Assembly: GCA_003344405.1 (NCBI GenBank)
Contig: NOWV01000003.1
Location: 62,001-126,000, forward strand
Direction: 5' to 3'
Length of the DNA: 64,000 nucleotides
Origin: Trichoplax sp. H2
Taxonomy: Eukaryota
The translations under genes were made by a program, and so were the position numbers. This document shows, piece by piece, positions 17,805 to 30,300 of this stretch (the first letter of the stretch is position 1; each line of letters begins with the position of its first letter). The notes below the pieces were generated by a model, which was given only the letters and a program-made list of their open reading frames with translations, was not told the DNA's origin and did no database searches.

Positions 17805-20800
17805 TTAGCCGGTTTCTGGCTTCTTATCACTAGCTAGATCTGGAAATGATGGTGATAAATTTCCCCAGATTTTAGGAATACTTTCTCCAAAGTATATTTT
17901 CGTGTTTTTCGCAAGTGCTTCATATTTTATTAACTCTAAATATTGCGGAGTTAACTTTACCTACAACACGATGTAGGAGTAGAACATTCGAAATTTAAAT
18001 AAATTACATTATGACTTTTGCTGTCTAAAATTTTAGTCCACCAGAAATTGTTGATGTAGGACAACACTAACCTTGTTAGAATCGGCTAATTTCGTTGCCG
18101 CGTAATACTCTGCATCGGCTGTTACTTTCAACCGCGCTACATTACCTTCATCTAATTAAATTTATAAATTAGAAACTTGGTATCGATGCATGATTGCTCA
18201 ACATAGATAAAATGTTTATGTTAATTTAATACTGAAAAGGCAGAAATTATACCTTCGATTTGTGCCATTTTTTTAAGGCTTTGTTTCTCCATAATCTTTT
18301 GATCAAATTGAATTTTAGCGACTTGAGCCTGCTTTTCTGCCTCTGTCGAAAATTGGTTAACAAATATTGCAGAAGTTTCAATATTGAGTGCTCTAGATCT
18401 ATATTATTTATAAGTCTATCTAGTCTTTAGTGCTAATTTATTTAACAGGATATAATAATATTAAGACCTATTACTGCTCTTTTTCTTTCGGTTTCTGCCT
18501 CTTTCTCGACAACTTTCTGCTTTTGTTGCGAAATTAACAACTTTGTCTTCTCTCCCTCCCTAAGTTTAAGCGTATTTATAGATTGATCTTGTCATTGAAT
18601 ATTGAGAGATAACCTATACAATAATTACTTACATTATCTCATAATTCCTCCGAATAGCCTCGGGAATTTTAGGCTTAGTAACGCGAACAGCCTATTTTTG
18701 AGAGTATCCAGCAAGAAATATTTCGTTGTTAATTTGAAGTATATACTCATATTTGCTAGCGTACTAGCTAAGCTGGTTGATAATTGATGCAATATACCTG
18801 GATAGTTAATCCTGGTGCCATTAAATCAAGGTCGTTTTGTAAGGAGATTTTTAAATTTTCGTCAATCTTGTCTGTTCAATAGTTAATTAGATACAAAGTG
18901 TCGAATTAGTGCCCAACTGAAATTAAATTACGCACCCGACATCTGCATTAGATCAACTCTACAATTATGTAAAGTAATCTTGTTATAATTCTCTGATTTA
19001 CGAATCGTATGTGTAATTACCGAAGAGGTCGATGTAAACTTCTTGCAGGTTGTGAACGCTACAAAACTGAAACGATAGACAACTTTTTAAATAGTTAATT
19101 AAATAAATCTAAAGAGTTAGCTCCGTATAGATGGCGTTTGTATACCTGATTCAATTCATGATGTATTTTATTAAAAATGAGAGTGTTGTCATAATCCGCA
19201 GTATAGTTCTTCACAATATCGTAAACTATTATTTGAACAAATGCATATTTAGAATGTCTTACTTTGTGTACAAATACTTACATAATATAACAAGACATAA
19301 GAGCATACATCGATATCAACAACATACCATGGTTCGAACTTAAAATGTTCACAACTTCGATTCGATCAAAGTAGATCATAACTCCTCCACTACAATTTTA
19401 AATAAAATACTTATATATCAATCTCAATTTCAAAATCTTTTCACTTTATATATATACGTAAATAAATATTTGATAGTACTGTACTGTATGCAAAAGAAAC
19501 TTTTATCTATGTTTGGAACCAATGTCAGTATCATGCCATATAAATGAGAATAATCAATATTTTCTTATATTACAATACGTAATTTGGTGTATTCGTAAAG
19601 CAACGTTACCTTGTACCACATGGAACATTCTTTACTTCATCCGTTTGCAAAGTAGTCTTTTAATTCGTTTATACAGTATATGGACAGTATACAAGTCAAC
19701 CATTTTACAAATACAAGATTATATGCGAGTATGTGTAATATAAGTGCAATAAAAAGCATTATCACTGAAGAATGACGTTACTGCGTTACTACCTTACAAC
19801 TGCATAAAACGTGATTTGAACGTTAGCGATCATAATTTTGAATGTACAGTAGTCCCTACTTACAGTACGAAGCACATTCAAGTAAATAATAATTATACTG
19901 TATAGTTACGGTATACGCGTATATATACAGTATATATAATCTTATATTTTAATAAACCGATGTTCGCTTTGACAGCTACATAGTGAATACAATATATGAT
20001 ATATATATATATATACCGTGACAATATACGAATACATATATATAATACATATAATTAACCTACAGTATAGTATACAGTACAATGAGCGTTGCATAATTAA
20101 TAGTTCAAACCTGAACCAGACGATACGTCGTAAGGAATGGGATCATGACATGAAAGCCTGGCCCGCTAGTTCGTGTTAGAAGAGCCCCACCCTGTAACAT
20201 AAAGTGTATAGTACAGTATTACGTGTAATCGAGCCAAGCCTATCACTATCATACAGTTAAATACGTAGAGATTTTCGATTGATAGATTGATTTAAGTTTC
20301 AGCATACATCAAAACCCCACGTGTGTAACAAAGCAGTATTATTGCATAGTAAACAGTAATGCACTTACCCTATAGTAAACGCCTACGTGTCCTTCAATTT
20401 CCAGTATGCATGAAAAAGATCGAATTATCAACGATAACCTTAATAATTCTTAATTTTTAAGATTAAACCGCTAAACTAATGGCTGGGTAACAGCATAATC
20501 CCTATGGCATAATCTCTATAGCATAATACTGTGCACAGTAGCTTAAGCTGTACTTTTACCATGTATCAGGTACTACAGCAGTCATTTCATGAACTACAGT
20601 ATAACATTGCTAAGGTTAAGGCACATAAACTGTATAGGGCATTATGACTGCACTAGTAGCTGTTAGTGTTATTACATTTGCAAAGATAGCAGAATTTTCT
20701 ACAAGCGTAACGTCTTTTTAAACTACCTTGCAGTAGCGTATGCAAATGTACTGTAGCTACCGGCAGACCGAGGATAATATTGTAAGTAAGAGTAATAAGT

Positions 20801-21267
20801 GCATCTATATATTATAATAAAAGGTATATATAATTGTATATTCGTAAAATGTAGACCACTACCCAGAAATTGGCGTAGTAAGGTACGTTCTATTAATGTT
20901 CTTTCTTTATTATGTTGCACAGTACTTATTTAAACAATTAATGCACAAATATTAAATTACTACAGTATTAACCATAGTAAGTGTGCTATGTATCTCGTGC
21001 AGGTCAAGTTTAACAATATGCGTACAATAAGTTCCTTAAGTTATCAAGAATCGCTGATAATTAAAATAAATATATATATGACATATATAACATACCGTAC
21101 TGTACAGTATAATTAATTAATTTAACAACAACGTACGGTACAATGTTCAATATGCAGATATACGTTTAAATTAATCATAGCATACCTTCATCGATTTTAT
21201 GAATGGAAAAGTTGAAAAATATTGCCGCTGTAACAGCACATATGATCAAAGTACTTGTGATTGACAT
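17805..21267 (-). CDS. ERLIN: Erlin (SPFH/band 7 ER lipid raft protein), multi-exon
   Basis: [35 protein letters not shown] (23-nt microexon 20369-20391)[89 protein letters not shown]. Stop at 17805-17807. Confidence 0.96.
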
Positions 21268-21384
21268 CTAAACGAGATAAAATGTAAAATAAAATTTATG
21301 ATAAAAACATACATGCAAGTATTTCTGTACTGTGTCTAAATAAAGAATTTCTTAGATTCGTCGATCAGATCAATGAACAAGAAA

Positions 21385-22015
21385 AGTACCGTACAGTACA
21401 TTGCACTCAGTGTACAGTACAGTACACCGCACAGTACTGTACAGTACAGTTTACAGGCACGATAGGGCCAAGCGCTTTTACACATCGACTGCGTTCTTAT
21501 AAGAAGAGTAAAAGCGGTTGGCCCTCCTCGGCCACGATAGAGTACAGTACAGTACTATTCGAGTGAATCATGAAAAAACGTTAACGTGGGAAACATTAGT
21601 ACAGTACTGTACTATACAGTACTGTACAATATGATTACAGTGTACACGTGTACATTGTACAGGAAAATCGGTCGACTTTGGTCAGTGTTTTGCGCATGTA
21701 CTGCACAAATGACTACAGTACTGTAAAGTGGACACGTTGACTACACTGTGCAGTGTACAGTACTGTACTGTACAGTACAGTACAGTACAGTAGCGTACCG
21801 TACAGTACAAGCTTACTGACAGCACAGTACTATACTGTACTGTACTACGTACTGTACATTGTATGGTTACGAGGTACAGTAGTTTTAATAGGAAAATTTT
21901 CTTCAAATTTCTGACAGCTAGTCGCACATTATTTTCAGTTAAACAGCAACAGTGACAGTAAGAACGAATTCATCATTACAGTCAAACGGACTGAAAATAC
22001 GTATAGTACTGTACA
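21385..22015. promoter_or_regulatory. Erlin/OSTC bidirectional promoter rich in TACAG/CTGTA repeats (second copy about 22700-23445)
   Basis: Head-to-head ATGs at 21267 (-) and 22028 (+), about 760 bp apart, with the interval filled by gtacagtactgtac runs. Confidence 0.7.
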
Positions 22016-22027
22016 ACTAACGGAAAG

Positions 22028-22169
22028 ATGGCGGAATATTTGTATGGTCTCCCGTTTTCAGTGGTAGATCCTCCTAATTTACGCTTAAAAAGGCCTTCCT
22101 GGTTAGTCATTCCAGGCCCAATGCTGGTCTTCTCAATCGTCATGCTTTCCTATTTTTTGGTAACCGGAG
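22028..22169 (+). other. OSTC: Duplicate copy of OSTC exon 1 (within the gap-flanking duplication)
   Basis: Encodes the same peptide as 23457-23598 ([25 protein letters not shown]...VTG); no exon 2 appears before the gap. Confidence 0.85.
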
Positions 22170-22440
22170 GTAAGACAGTACCATGCAGGGATAGATGGAA
22201 GATACCGTTTATACTATACATTAATTTAAAGAGTTCTGTTTCTCTATTGACAGTGAGTACTTTATTTTCATAGAACATAGTCTGGAGTCTGGACTCAGGA
22301 CTAGTGCTACAATATCAGCACTATCCTTCATGCACTCACCTAAATTAGAGCACGTTAATAATAATTAATTAATATATAATCTCTGAGCTCTCGGACATGT
22401 CTAATAAACTTCTAGTAGATACCTTGATTTTTAGACATCT

Positions 22441-22460
22441 NNNNNNNNNNNNNNNNNNNN
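22441..22460. other. Assembly gap (20 N)
   Basis: Run of n characters. Confidence 1.
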
Positions 22461-22507
22461 TACAATGTTCAATATGCAGATATACGTTTAAATTAATCAT
22501 AGCATAC

Positions 22508-22589
22508 CTTCATCGATTTTATGAATGGAAAAGTTGAAAAATATTGCCGCTGTAACAGCACATATGATCAAAGTACTTGTGATTGACAT
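22508..22589 (-). other. ERLIN: Duplicate copy of Erlin coding exon 1 (within the gap-flanking duplication)
   Basis: Same sequence as 21186-21267, offset by 1322 nt. Confidence 0.85.
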
Positions 22590-23456
22590 CTAAACGAGAT
22601 AAAATGTAAAATAAAATTTATGATAAAAACATACATGCAAGTATTTCTGTACTGTGTCTAAATAAAGAGTTTCTAGATTCGTCGATCAGATCAATGAACA
22701 AGAAAAGTACTGTACTGTACAGCACAGTACTGTAGTTAACGTACAGTACAGTACAGTACTCTACAGTAGTAGTTAGTACTGTACTGTACGTACAGTACTG
22801 TACAGTACAGTGTACAGGCACGATAGGGCCAAGCGCTTTTACACATCGACTGCGTTCTTATCAGAAGAGTAAAAGCGGTTGGCCCTCCTCGTCCACGATA
22901 GAGTACAGTACAGTACTATTCGAGTGAATCATGAAAAAACGTTAACGTGGGAAACATTAGTAAAGTACTGTACAGTATAGTACAGTACAGTACAGTACAG
23001 TACAGTACAATATGACTACAGTGTACACGTGTACATTGTACTGTACTGTACTGTACTGTACTGTACAATCGGTCGACTTTGGTCAGTGTTTTGCGCATGT
23101 ACTGTACTGTACAGTACTGTACAGTACTGTACAAATGACTACAGTACTGTACTGTAAAGTGGACACGTTGACTACACTGTGCAGTGTACAGTACTGTACA
23201 GTACAGTACAAGCTTACTGACAGCACAGTACTGTACTGTACAGAAATCACAGAATTACTATAAGCATTGCAGTACACGTACAGTACATTGTATGGTTACG
23301 AGGTACAGTAGTTTTAATAGGAAAATTTTCTTCAAATTTCTGACAGCTAGTCGCACATTATTTTCAGTTAAACAGCAACAGTGACAGTAAGAACGAATTC
23401 ATCATTACAGTCAAACGGACTGAAAATACGTATAGTACTGTACAACTAACGGAAAG

Positions 23457-25579
23457 ATGGCGGAATATTTGTATGGTCTCCCGTTTTCAGTGGTAGATCC
23501 TCCTAATTTACGCTTAAAAAGGCCTTCCTGGTTAGTCATTCCAGGCCCAATGCTGGTGTTCTCAATCGTCATGCTTTCCTATTTTTTGGTAACCGGAGGT
23601 AAGACAGTACCATGCAGGGATAGATGGAAGATACCGTTATACCATACATTAATTTAAAGAGTTCTGTTTCTCTATTGACAGTGAGTACTTTATTTTCATA
23701 GAACATAGTCTGGAGTCTGGACTCAGGACTAGTGCTACAATATCAGCACTATCCTTCATGCACTCACCTAAATTAGAGCACGTTAATAATAATTAATTAA
23801 TATATAATCTCTGAGCTCTCGGACATGTCTAATAAACTTCTAGTAGATACCTTGATTTTTAGACATCTAACTAAATTTGATTCAACATGTGAGAAGTTAC
23901 TTCCATCCATTTTATTTTAGGAATAATTTATGATGTTATTGTTGAACCGCCTAGTATCGGATCAACCGTGGACGAACACGGCCACTCTAAGCCGGTAAGA
24001 CAAGACACACATGTTGAGAAACCTTCATCCGTAATAATGTGCTCATATACATACTGTACACTGTACAAAATTTAGTTGCAATTCGTTCAGCACAATTTTA
24101 ATTAAGACTAGTGCAAACTCCCGTCGCTTTGCTGACGGTTTACGATAATGTGCTTATTTAACAGATAGTATTACCATTTGATAGACCTGTCAGAGGTTCA
24201 GTAACTTTTTACCGTGTATCCGAGTACGAGCGTTCACATGCACTGTGCTACTAACACAGAGTACATTTACATACTGTACCCTAGTATTGTATCATTAATT
24301 ACATTACTGGCTATCCGCATCCATTCACAATGAACGGCAAGAATCTTTTAACAACTGCGTTCGTAGTGTTATATATCTTGATGCTCCTCAGCAGCTGCTA
24401 TGTCGGTTCACAATGAACTGGAATAAGCAATTTTAGTGATATTCCCAACCTAACACAAAGCACCTTTACGTACTGTAGTAGCGTAATCATTAATTACTAG
24501 TTACACTTTTCTGTAGACTATGAACGGCAAGAGTCACCAACAACTGCTGTCTCAGTACATTTCGGTTCAAAATGAACGGGAATAGTACTGTAGCTCTCTA
24601 CTGTATATTCGTTCAGTAAATACGAGTTTACTTTAGTCGATAACTCGGAAGGAGATCGTTCTGCCAGAGTAAGCGGAATACAGTAGGTTCAAATTAAATT
24701 TTGATAATTAAATATAAGCAGTATGAGCGACTGCTACTCGTATTGTAGCCTAAAAGTCACAAAAAATCTGTACCGTACTGTACTTTGGCCGATACTTGCG
24801 TGTGTCAGGCCGTATAGTATTACTTAATACTGATAGCCTACTATTATCATTCACTATATATATACTGTATATTTTTGTTAAGGTTCTTACTCTTTACGTA
24901 AGTAACAAGTGTATTTCCAATTGAAATTGTTGAAACTTAGAATTAAAGAAAGTAAGGTTTCAACTAAACATTACCAACATTAACGATGTCTTCATAAGTC
25001 CTGCATTTAGAAACTAATTACAAATAATGCAAAGTTACCCTCTATTTATTAAAACATCTGTTTACTTCAGGTTGCATTTATGGCGTATCGAATCAATGGA
25101 CAATATATTATGGAAGGTCTAGCCTCTAGTTTCCTATTTACTTTAGGTGGACTCGGGTTTGTTATCCTAGATAAGTCAAATGTGCCAACTATGCCGAAAT
25201 TCAACAGATACTTATATTTGTTTTGCGGCTTTATCTGTGTGTTGCTGTCCTTTTTTTCATGTCGTGCGTTCATGACAATTAAATTGCCGTAAGTTTATTA
25301 TTTCTTCTAATTATGCCTCTAATAAAGTATGCTTTATTCAAATAAAAGTTATTATAATCGCTAACGCTTCTTCAGTGATCATATTTTGTATTCTCTTAAC
25401 TACATATACGCGCACATATACAATTCGATACTTTAAAAACTGATTGCAAAAGGAATCTTGTTTTCATTATGTTCTGTGATTTAATGTGGAAGATAGTAAA
25501 TAAAAAATTATTATAACTACGAAATGAAAAATAATCACAATTTATTTCATATTTGCATAGGGGATATTTACAAGCTTGA
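23457..25579 (+). CDS. OSTC: Oligosaccharyltransferase subunit OSTC/DC2 (exons 23457-23598, 23921-23994, 25071-25288, 25561-25579)
   Basis: [25 protein letters not shown]...[62 protein letters not shown]...KLPGYLQA*. Confidence 0.96.
24108..24216 (-). mobile_element. Helitron-like 3' terminal segment, copy 2, in OSTC intron 2
   Basis: Reverse complement of 12689-12797. The CTAG end at 24108-24111 is followed by T on the minus strand. Confidence 0.65.
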
Positions 25580-25984
25580 ATGTCGCCATCCCTGGATGTC
25601 CAATTAGTAGGAAATGAAGTTTTGCGATATCGAAGATTTAAGATGTTAAAAAATTGTTTTAATAGTAACACTTGAGGAGATTTTGCTATATTGAAAGTAA
25701 ATGAACTATATGAAATTCCGTCAAATGTTTAATTTAGTAAGAAATAAAATTAACGTGAGATTTTTCGGATTCCCTAGTATTAAAGTTTTATAATGAGACG
25801 ACTAGCTTTCCTGAGTATGTCAATATATTGCAGTACAGAGAATGGCTTTGCTTGTTTGATAGTAAGCCATTCTTTATGGTAGATGGTAACTGAAACATAT
25901 CATTGACTGTAGCTATGCAGTACTTTCTAATTTTCTATACAGTACGTTTCACTTTCCCCCAAGCTGCGTTGCAGATGCAGAAGT

Positions 25985-26235
25985 GCAAAGTACTGTACTG
26001 TACCTTACTGCTTTGTACCACACATTGTACAGTACTTAATCGATTATACTGTACTGTATAGTACAGTACACTACGCTAGGTAAATAACTTCGGTGCTGTA
26101 CCTAGTACAGTACTACCTACGGACCACAATACACTGCGCTAAACCACTAGCTCATGTACGGGACGGGACTTACTGTATGGATAGTTTCGTAATACTGTGC
26201 AATACATATACTGTAGTACAGTACACTATACGGTT
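25985..26235. repeat. Weaker TACAG/CTGTA field between the OSTC and FBXW7 3' ends
   Basis: tactgtactgtacc, tactgtactgtatagtacagtaca and gtagtacagtacact runs. Confidence 0.65.
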
Positions 26236-27391
26236 CTGTGCACGTATGAAGAGGTAAATTAATTATACAAAAAGTTATGCAACTGTACCTCGTAAGCATT
26301 AAAAAAAGCATAACTTTCACATTTAAAGTCGGACTGAGTAATTAAATCGTATTTACTGTTAAAAGAATTTGTATAGAACTATACAGAGTGGTATCTTATA
26401 AAAATTGTGTAGACTGGCCGATTTTAATTATTATATATATATAATTATATCATTGAAACTAGACCCATCAACGGTATAATGCATTATCACTTAACTAATA
26501 TAAAGCCAAGAGGGACAAAGTATAAACGATCAACATTAATACCAGTAGCGTGATCAGGATCTTATCATTCTGAAGCTCAATAGTCACATAATACCTTGAA
26601 ATATCCAGCGTCTCGATCACAATGCAATTGATTTATTGCACTGTGGCTTAGTAACTTCCTACATAGCAGATTTATATCCAGTACAACACGTCGCTCCAAG
26701 ATAAAAAACATACTATATAACATATATAATAATAAATACGTACAGGATATGCGCATATATATATATATAAGCTGCATTAAAATAATAAAGATCGATCGAA
26801 TATCAGTGTTTATAAATCTGTTCAAAATTAATATCCCTCGTATTTTCTCCGACTACTGTAATCCGTGTCATAACAAAGTATGACGCAAACGATTACTGCG
26901 ATACTGTATGTTAAAATGTTATTTCCAATTTAAATAACATTATGAAATCTGTTTTGCATAAAAGAGTAAACAAGATAACCCACAGTATCCAGGATAAAAA
27001 GTTAAGTCTAGCAGATCTAAAGTATAAAAATCTTGATCTTAATACACAATTAAGCAAGATTTTAAACATAGTTATCATTATTCTAGACAACTACGTCAGG
27101 TCGCTCGTTGTTGCTGCTTTTACGAAAAATCCAATCAAAACCGATTCCCAGCAAGATAAACAAGAAACCAAAATATGCATTTGACACGAATGAAATACGT
27201 ATGTTCCTGTGGTAGTTTCTCGTTACTACATTATAACGTATGCGTACAATTAAGTTGGTACAGATATAATTTGCCACGTGTAAGCAAATACTTAAGAGGC
27301 ATCCACTGCCAAAGTGATTAAGCAAAAATTAAATATAGTAATATTTAAAACATACAAAAGATATCAAGTTCATCAACTCTGAAAACGCTAA

Positions 27392-30300
27392 TCACACGTC
27401 GAAATCAAGAATAAGCAATTTCGTTTCTTCCGTTCCATTTCTACTACCAACCGCACATACAAGCCTCTTTTCATCGCAGCAGATTCGCCATACAACACCA
27501 CCTAAAATGCGTACGTATTATCCGAATTATCAACATAAATGACGTTAACAATAGAATGATCTAATCAGTAAATAATTATAAAAGTTATAGGTACTAAATC
27601 TTTAAACTCACCGCTTCCACCACTATCTAATGAGATCAGGTCTCTAATGTAATTGCCAGTAGTAACATCCCATACTTTGACGGTACCGTCATCAGAGCTA
27701 GTTATAACAAACTTGTTGACAAGTTCTAAGCAGGTTACCGCACTCTGCCATCAACAGTAAATATGAAAATTACATTACTAAATTACCAAGTCAGGATATG
27801 TGATTATAAATGAATCGTACACTACCAGACATGTAATGTATATGTGCGGGTATCTCATAACATCTTTAACTATTAATAACAGTACAATATTCAATTTAGC
27901 GGGATGCAAACTACTCTTGATTGAATATTACGTACATATGCATAATTATCTATGTTAGTACAGTCAATAAATGCGTGCATAAAAAAGATACAGTCTACAT
28001 ACTGTTAACAAGAATGCTTTAATTAAGCTGAAAGTAGCTACTGAGCTACGTTTCTTAGGGTCAAGATACTAAAAGTTTAAAGCTATTTTAATATAATTTC
28101 ACTCCGATGTAAAATCACAGAAATGCACCTGAACTGACCCTGTGCTTATTCCGGCCTTCTAGGGTTTGTAGACACTGGCCGGTTCTAATGTCCCAGATCT
28201 GGAAGAAAATAAAACTTTACTATCATTATCTTCGCAAAAACCAACTAAATTGATAATAATAAAAGAAAGTCGTAGCTACATATGCTAGTATACCTTCACT
28301 GTTGAATCCGCATTGCCGGAAGCCAATGTGTTATTTTTTAATTGCATTCCACTTGTTAGAGATTGGTGACCTTTAAGTGATACGATCAGTTACAATCAAT
28401 ATGCACATTTCATGTCTATCGTTACGATCAACAGCTTAATTTAATTCAAAAACCTGTAAGAACATGTTCACATTCGCCAGTTTCGATATTCCAAACACGA
28501 ATGGATGTATCCAATGATCCGCTCACGATGTGAATTCCATCAAACTATTGTAGTAACAAAAACCATTTCTTGTGAATAATGAAAGCATAACAAACATCGA
28601 TACCATATATTACCTGCAGTGAATAAACTCGATTGCTATGCCCTTGTAAGGTACGCAGGCAGAGACCTGTATCCGGGTTCCATACCTTCACAAGAAAATC
28701 GTAAGCACCACTAATGATGTGTTTTCCATCAAACTGTACACTAATGATATACGAAAAAATATAGACCTGAGTGGGATTACCGAATATTAGACGTTTAAAA
28801 TACGCGCAACAAAATAAACCAACCATCGAACTGCCGCAACATGGCTAATTAACACTTTCAGGAGTTTACCGTCTTCAATATTCCATAAACGAAGTGTAGC
28901 ATCCCTTGAACCGCTAACAACTTAAAAAAGGTAACGCACACATCAATTCATTGACGATTATCTTATTACCTACTAATGTACATGAAAGCCACTGCTACGT
29001 TAATCAATAGAGTAAACTTGAGTTCATATTACCTCGAGTATCACATGCATGTAAACATCTGACGGTAGATGTATGACCAGATAAAGTGTGAATGCATGCG
29101 CCACTATCTACGTCCCATACCTATTGTGTTGCACAATATGGATATTGCAAACCCCTCTACAAGTTATGATATTACGTTTAATAAAGTAGCAGCTTCAATG
29201 AACATTGAACCAACCTTCAATGTTCTGTCAGTTGATCCGCTAATAACGTAATTGTTGTGAAGCTGCGACGCCCACACACCTCCAGTATGCCCACAAAGAG
29301 TTTTTAGACACTAAATATAAATTAAAGCAGAATAAATCACAATGGGGGCATGGACTTGCAATGCAGTTCGCAACCGATGTTATATTCCTGGCAATAAAAT
29401 TATTTTGACACAAAAATGAACTTGCTCATATTGCCATTTATCAGTAAAATAGATAAAATACGAAAGTAAAGTGGCACTATACAGTATATGCTGTACCTTC
29501 CCCGTTGATGCAGACCATATTTTTACCGTATTATCATCTGAGGCGCTGATAATCTTATTATTGTAAAAGTGTAAGCACGTGATCTAATAGAACCCGTAAA
29601 GAATCCGGAGCAACAGAAAGTGAATGGCAGCAAATAATAGTAACAACTAAAATTAAAAGTCTAAGCGGGTAAATATACTGCAATATTCCAATATGGTATC
29701 TATTTTCAATAGTAAATTGCTTAATAATCAAGTAACAATCCAAGCTGATTATTTATACCGCCATCTATAGTTCATCCAAGTATTTCTTACCACATAATCA
29801 TTATGTCCTTTTAACACTTTCATTGCTTTGTAACGTGCATTACGCCAATTGTGGTCCAGTCTAATGTAGGTTTGGTACACCTATATATCAGATCGAGCAT
29901 GACTCTAGTATACTGTAGTATCGCATAAGCAAATCTGGACAGACCACATTGCTCTGCAATTCGTCACAAAGCATAGAAGAAATATTTGCCAAAACCGTAA
30001 TATAAAAATGTAAAGTATCAATAGTTTAGCACTTACTTTCTTCCAATGGATCATTTGAAACCTTTTTTTGCCTGGTTTAGCTACAATGTCTTGAGATCTT
30101 ACATCCATCTCGAAACATTTACGCTGCCACAACCTCCAGGGATAATTAGAGTTGTATCATAAATACTATTATTTAGTAATTTAAATAAGTAGCATAGAAA
30201 CATAATACACGTATTTATTCGCCGTAAATAAATTTCATAACAAGGCTTACAGGTTATCATCGGCGATGCCTCTCCAATACCGACAAGTCTGAGCTGCGTT

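Larger units (their letters stand above)
21139..23868. repeat. Direct duplication flanking the assembly gap (21139-22440 vs 22461-23868), probably two uncollapsed haplotypes
   Basis: Both copies begin tacaatgttcaatatgcag and end gatttttagacatct, and both abut the N-run. Unique sequence is near-identical; the length difference lies in TACAG repeat counts. Confidence 0.88.

Noticed and set aside
21139..23868. Tandem gene duplication of OSTC and Erlin
   Set aside because: Only the first exons are repeated and both copies abut the N gap, which is typical of uncollapsed haplotypes.
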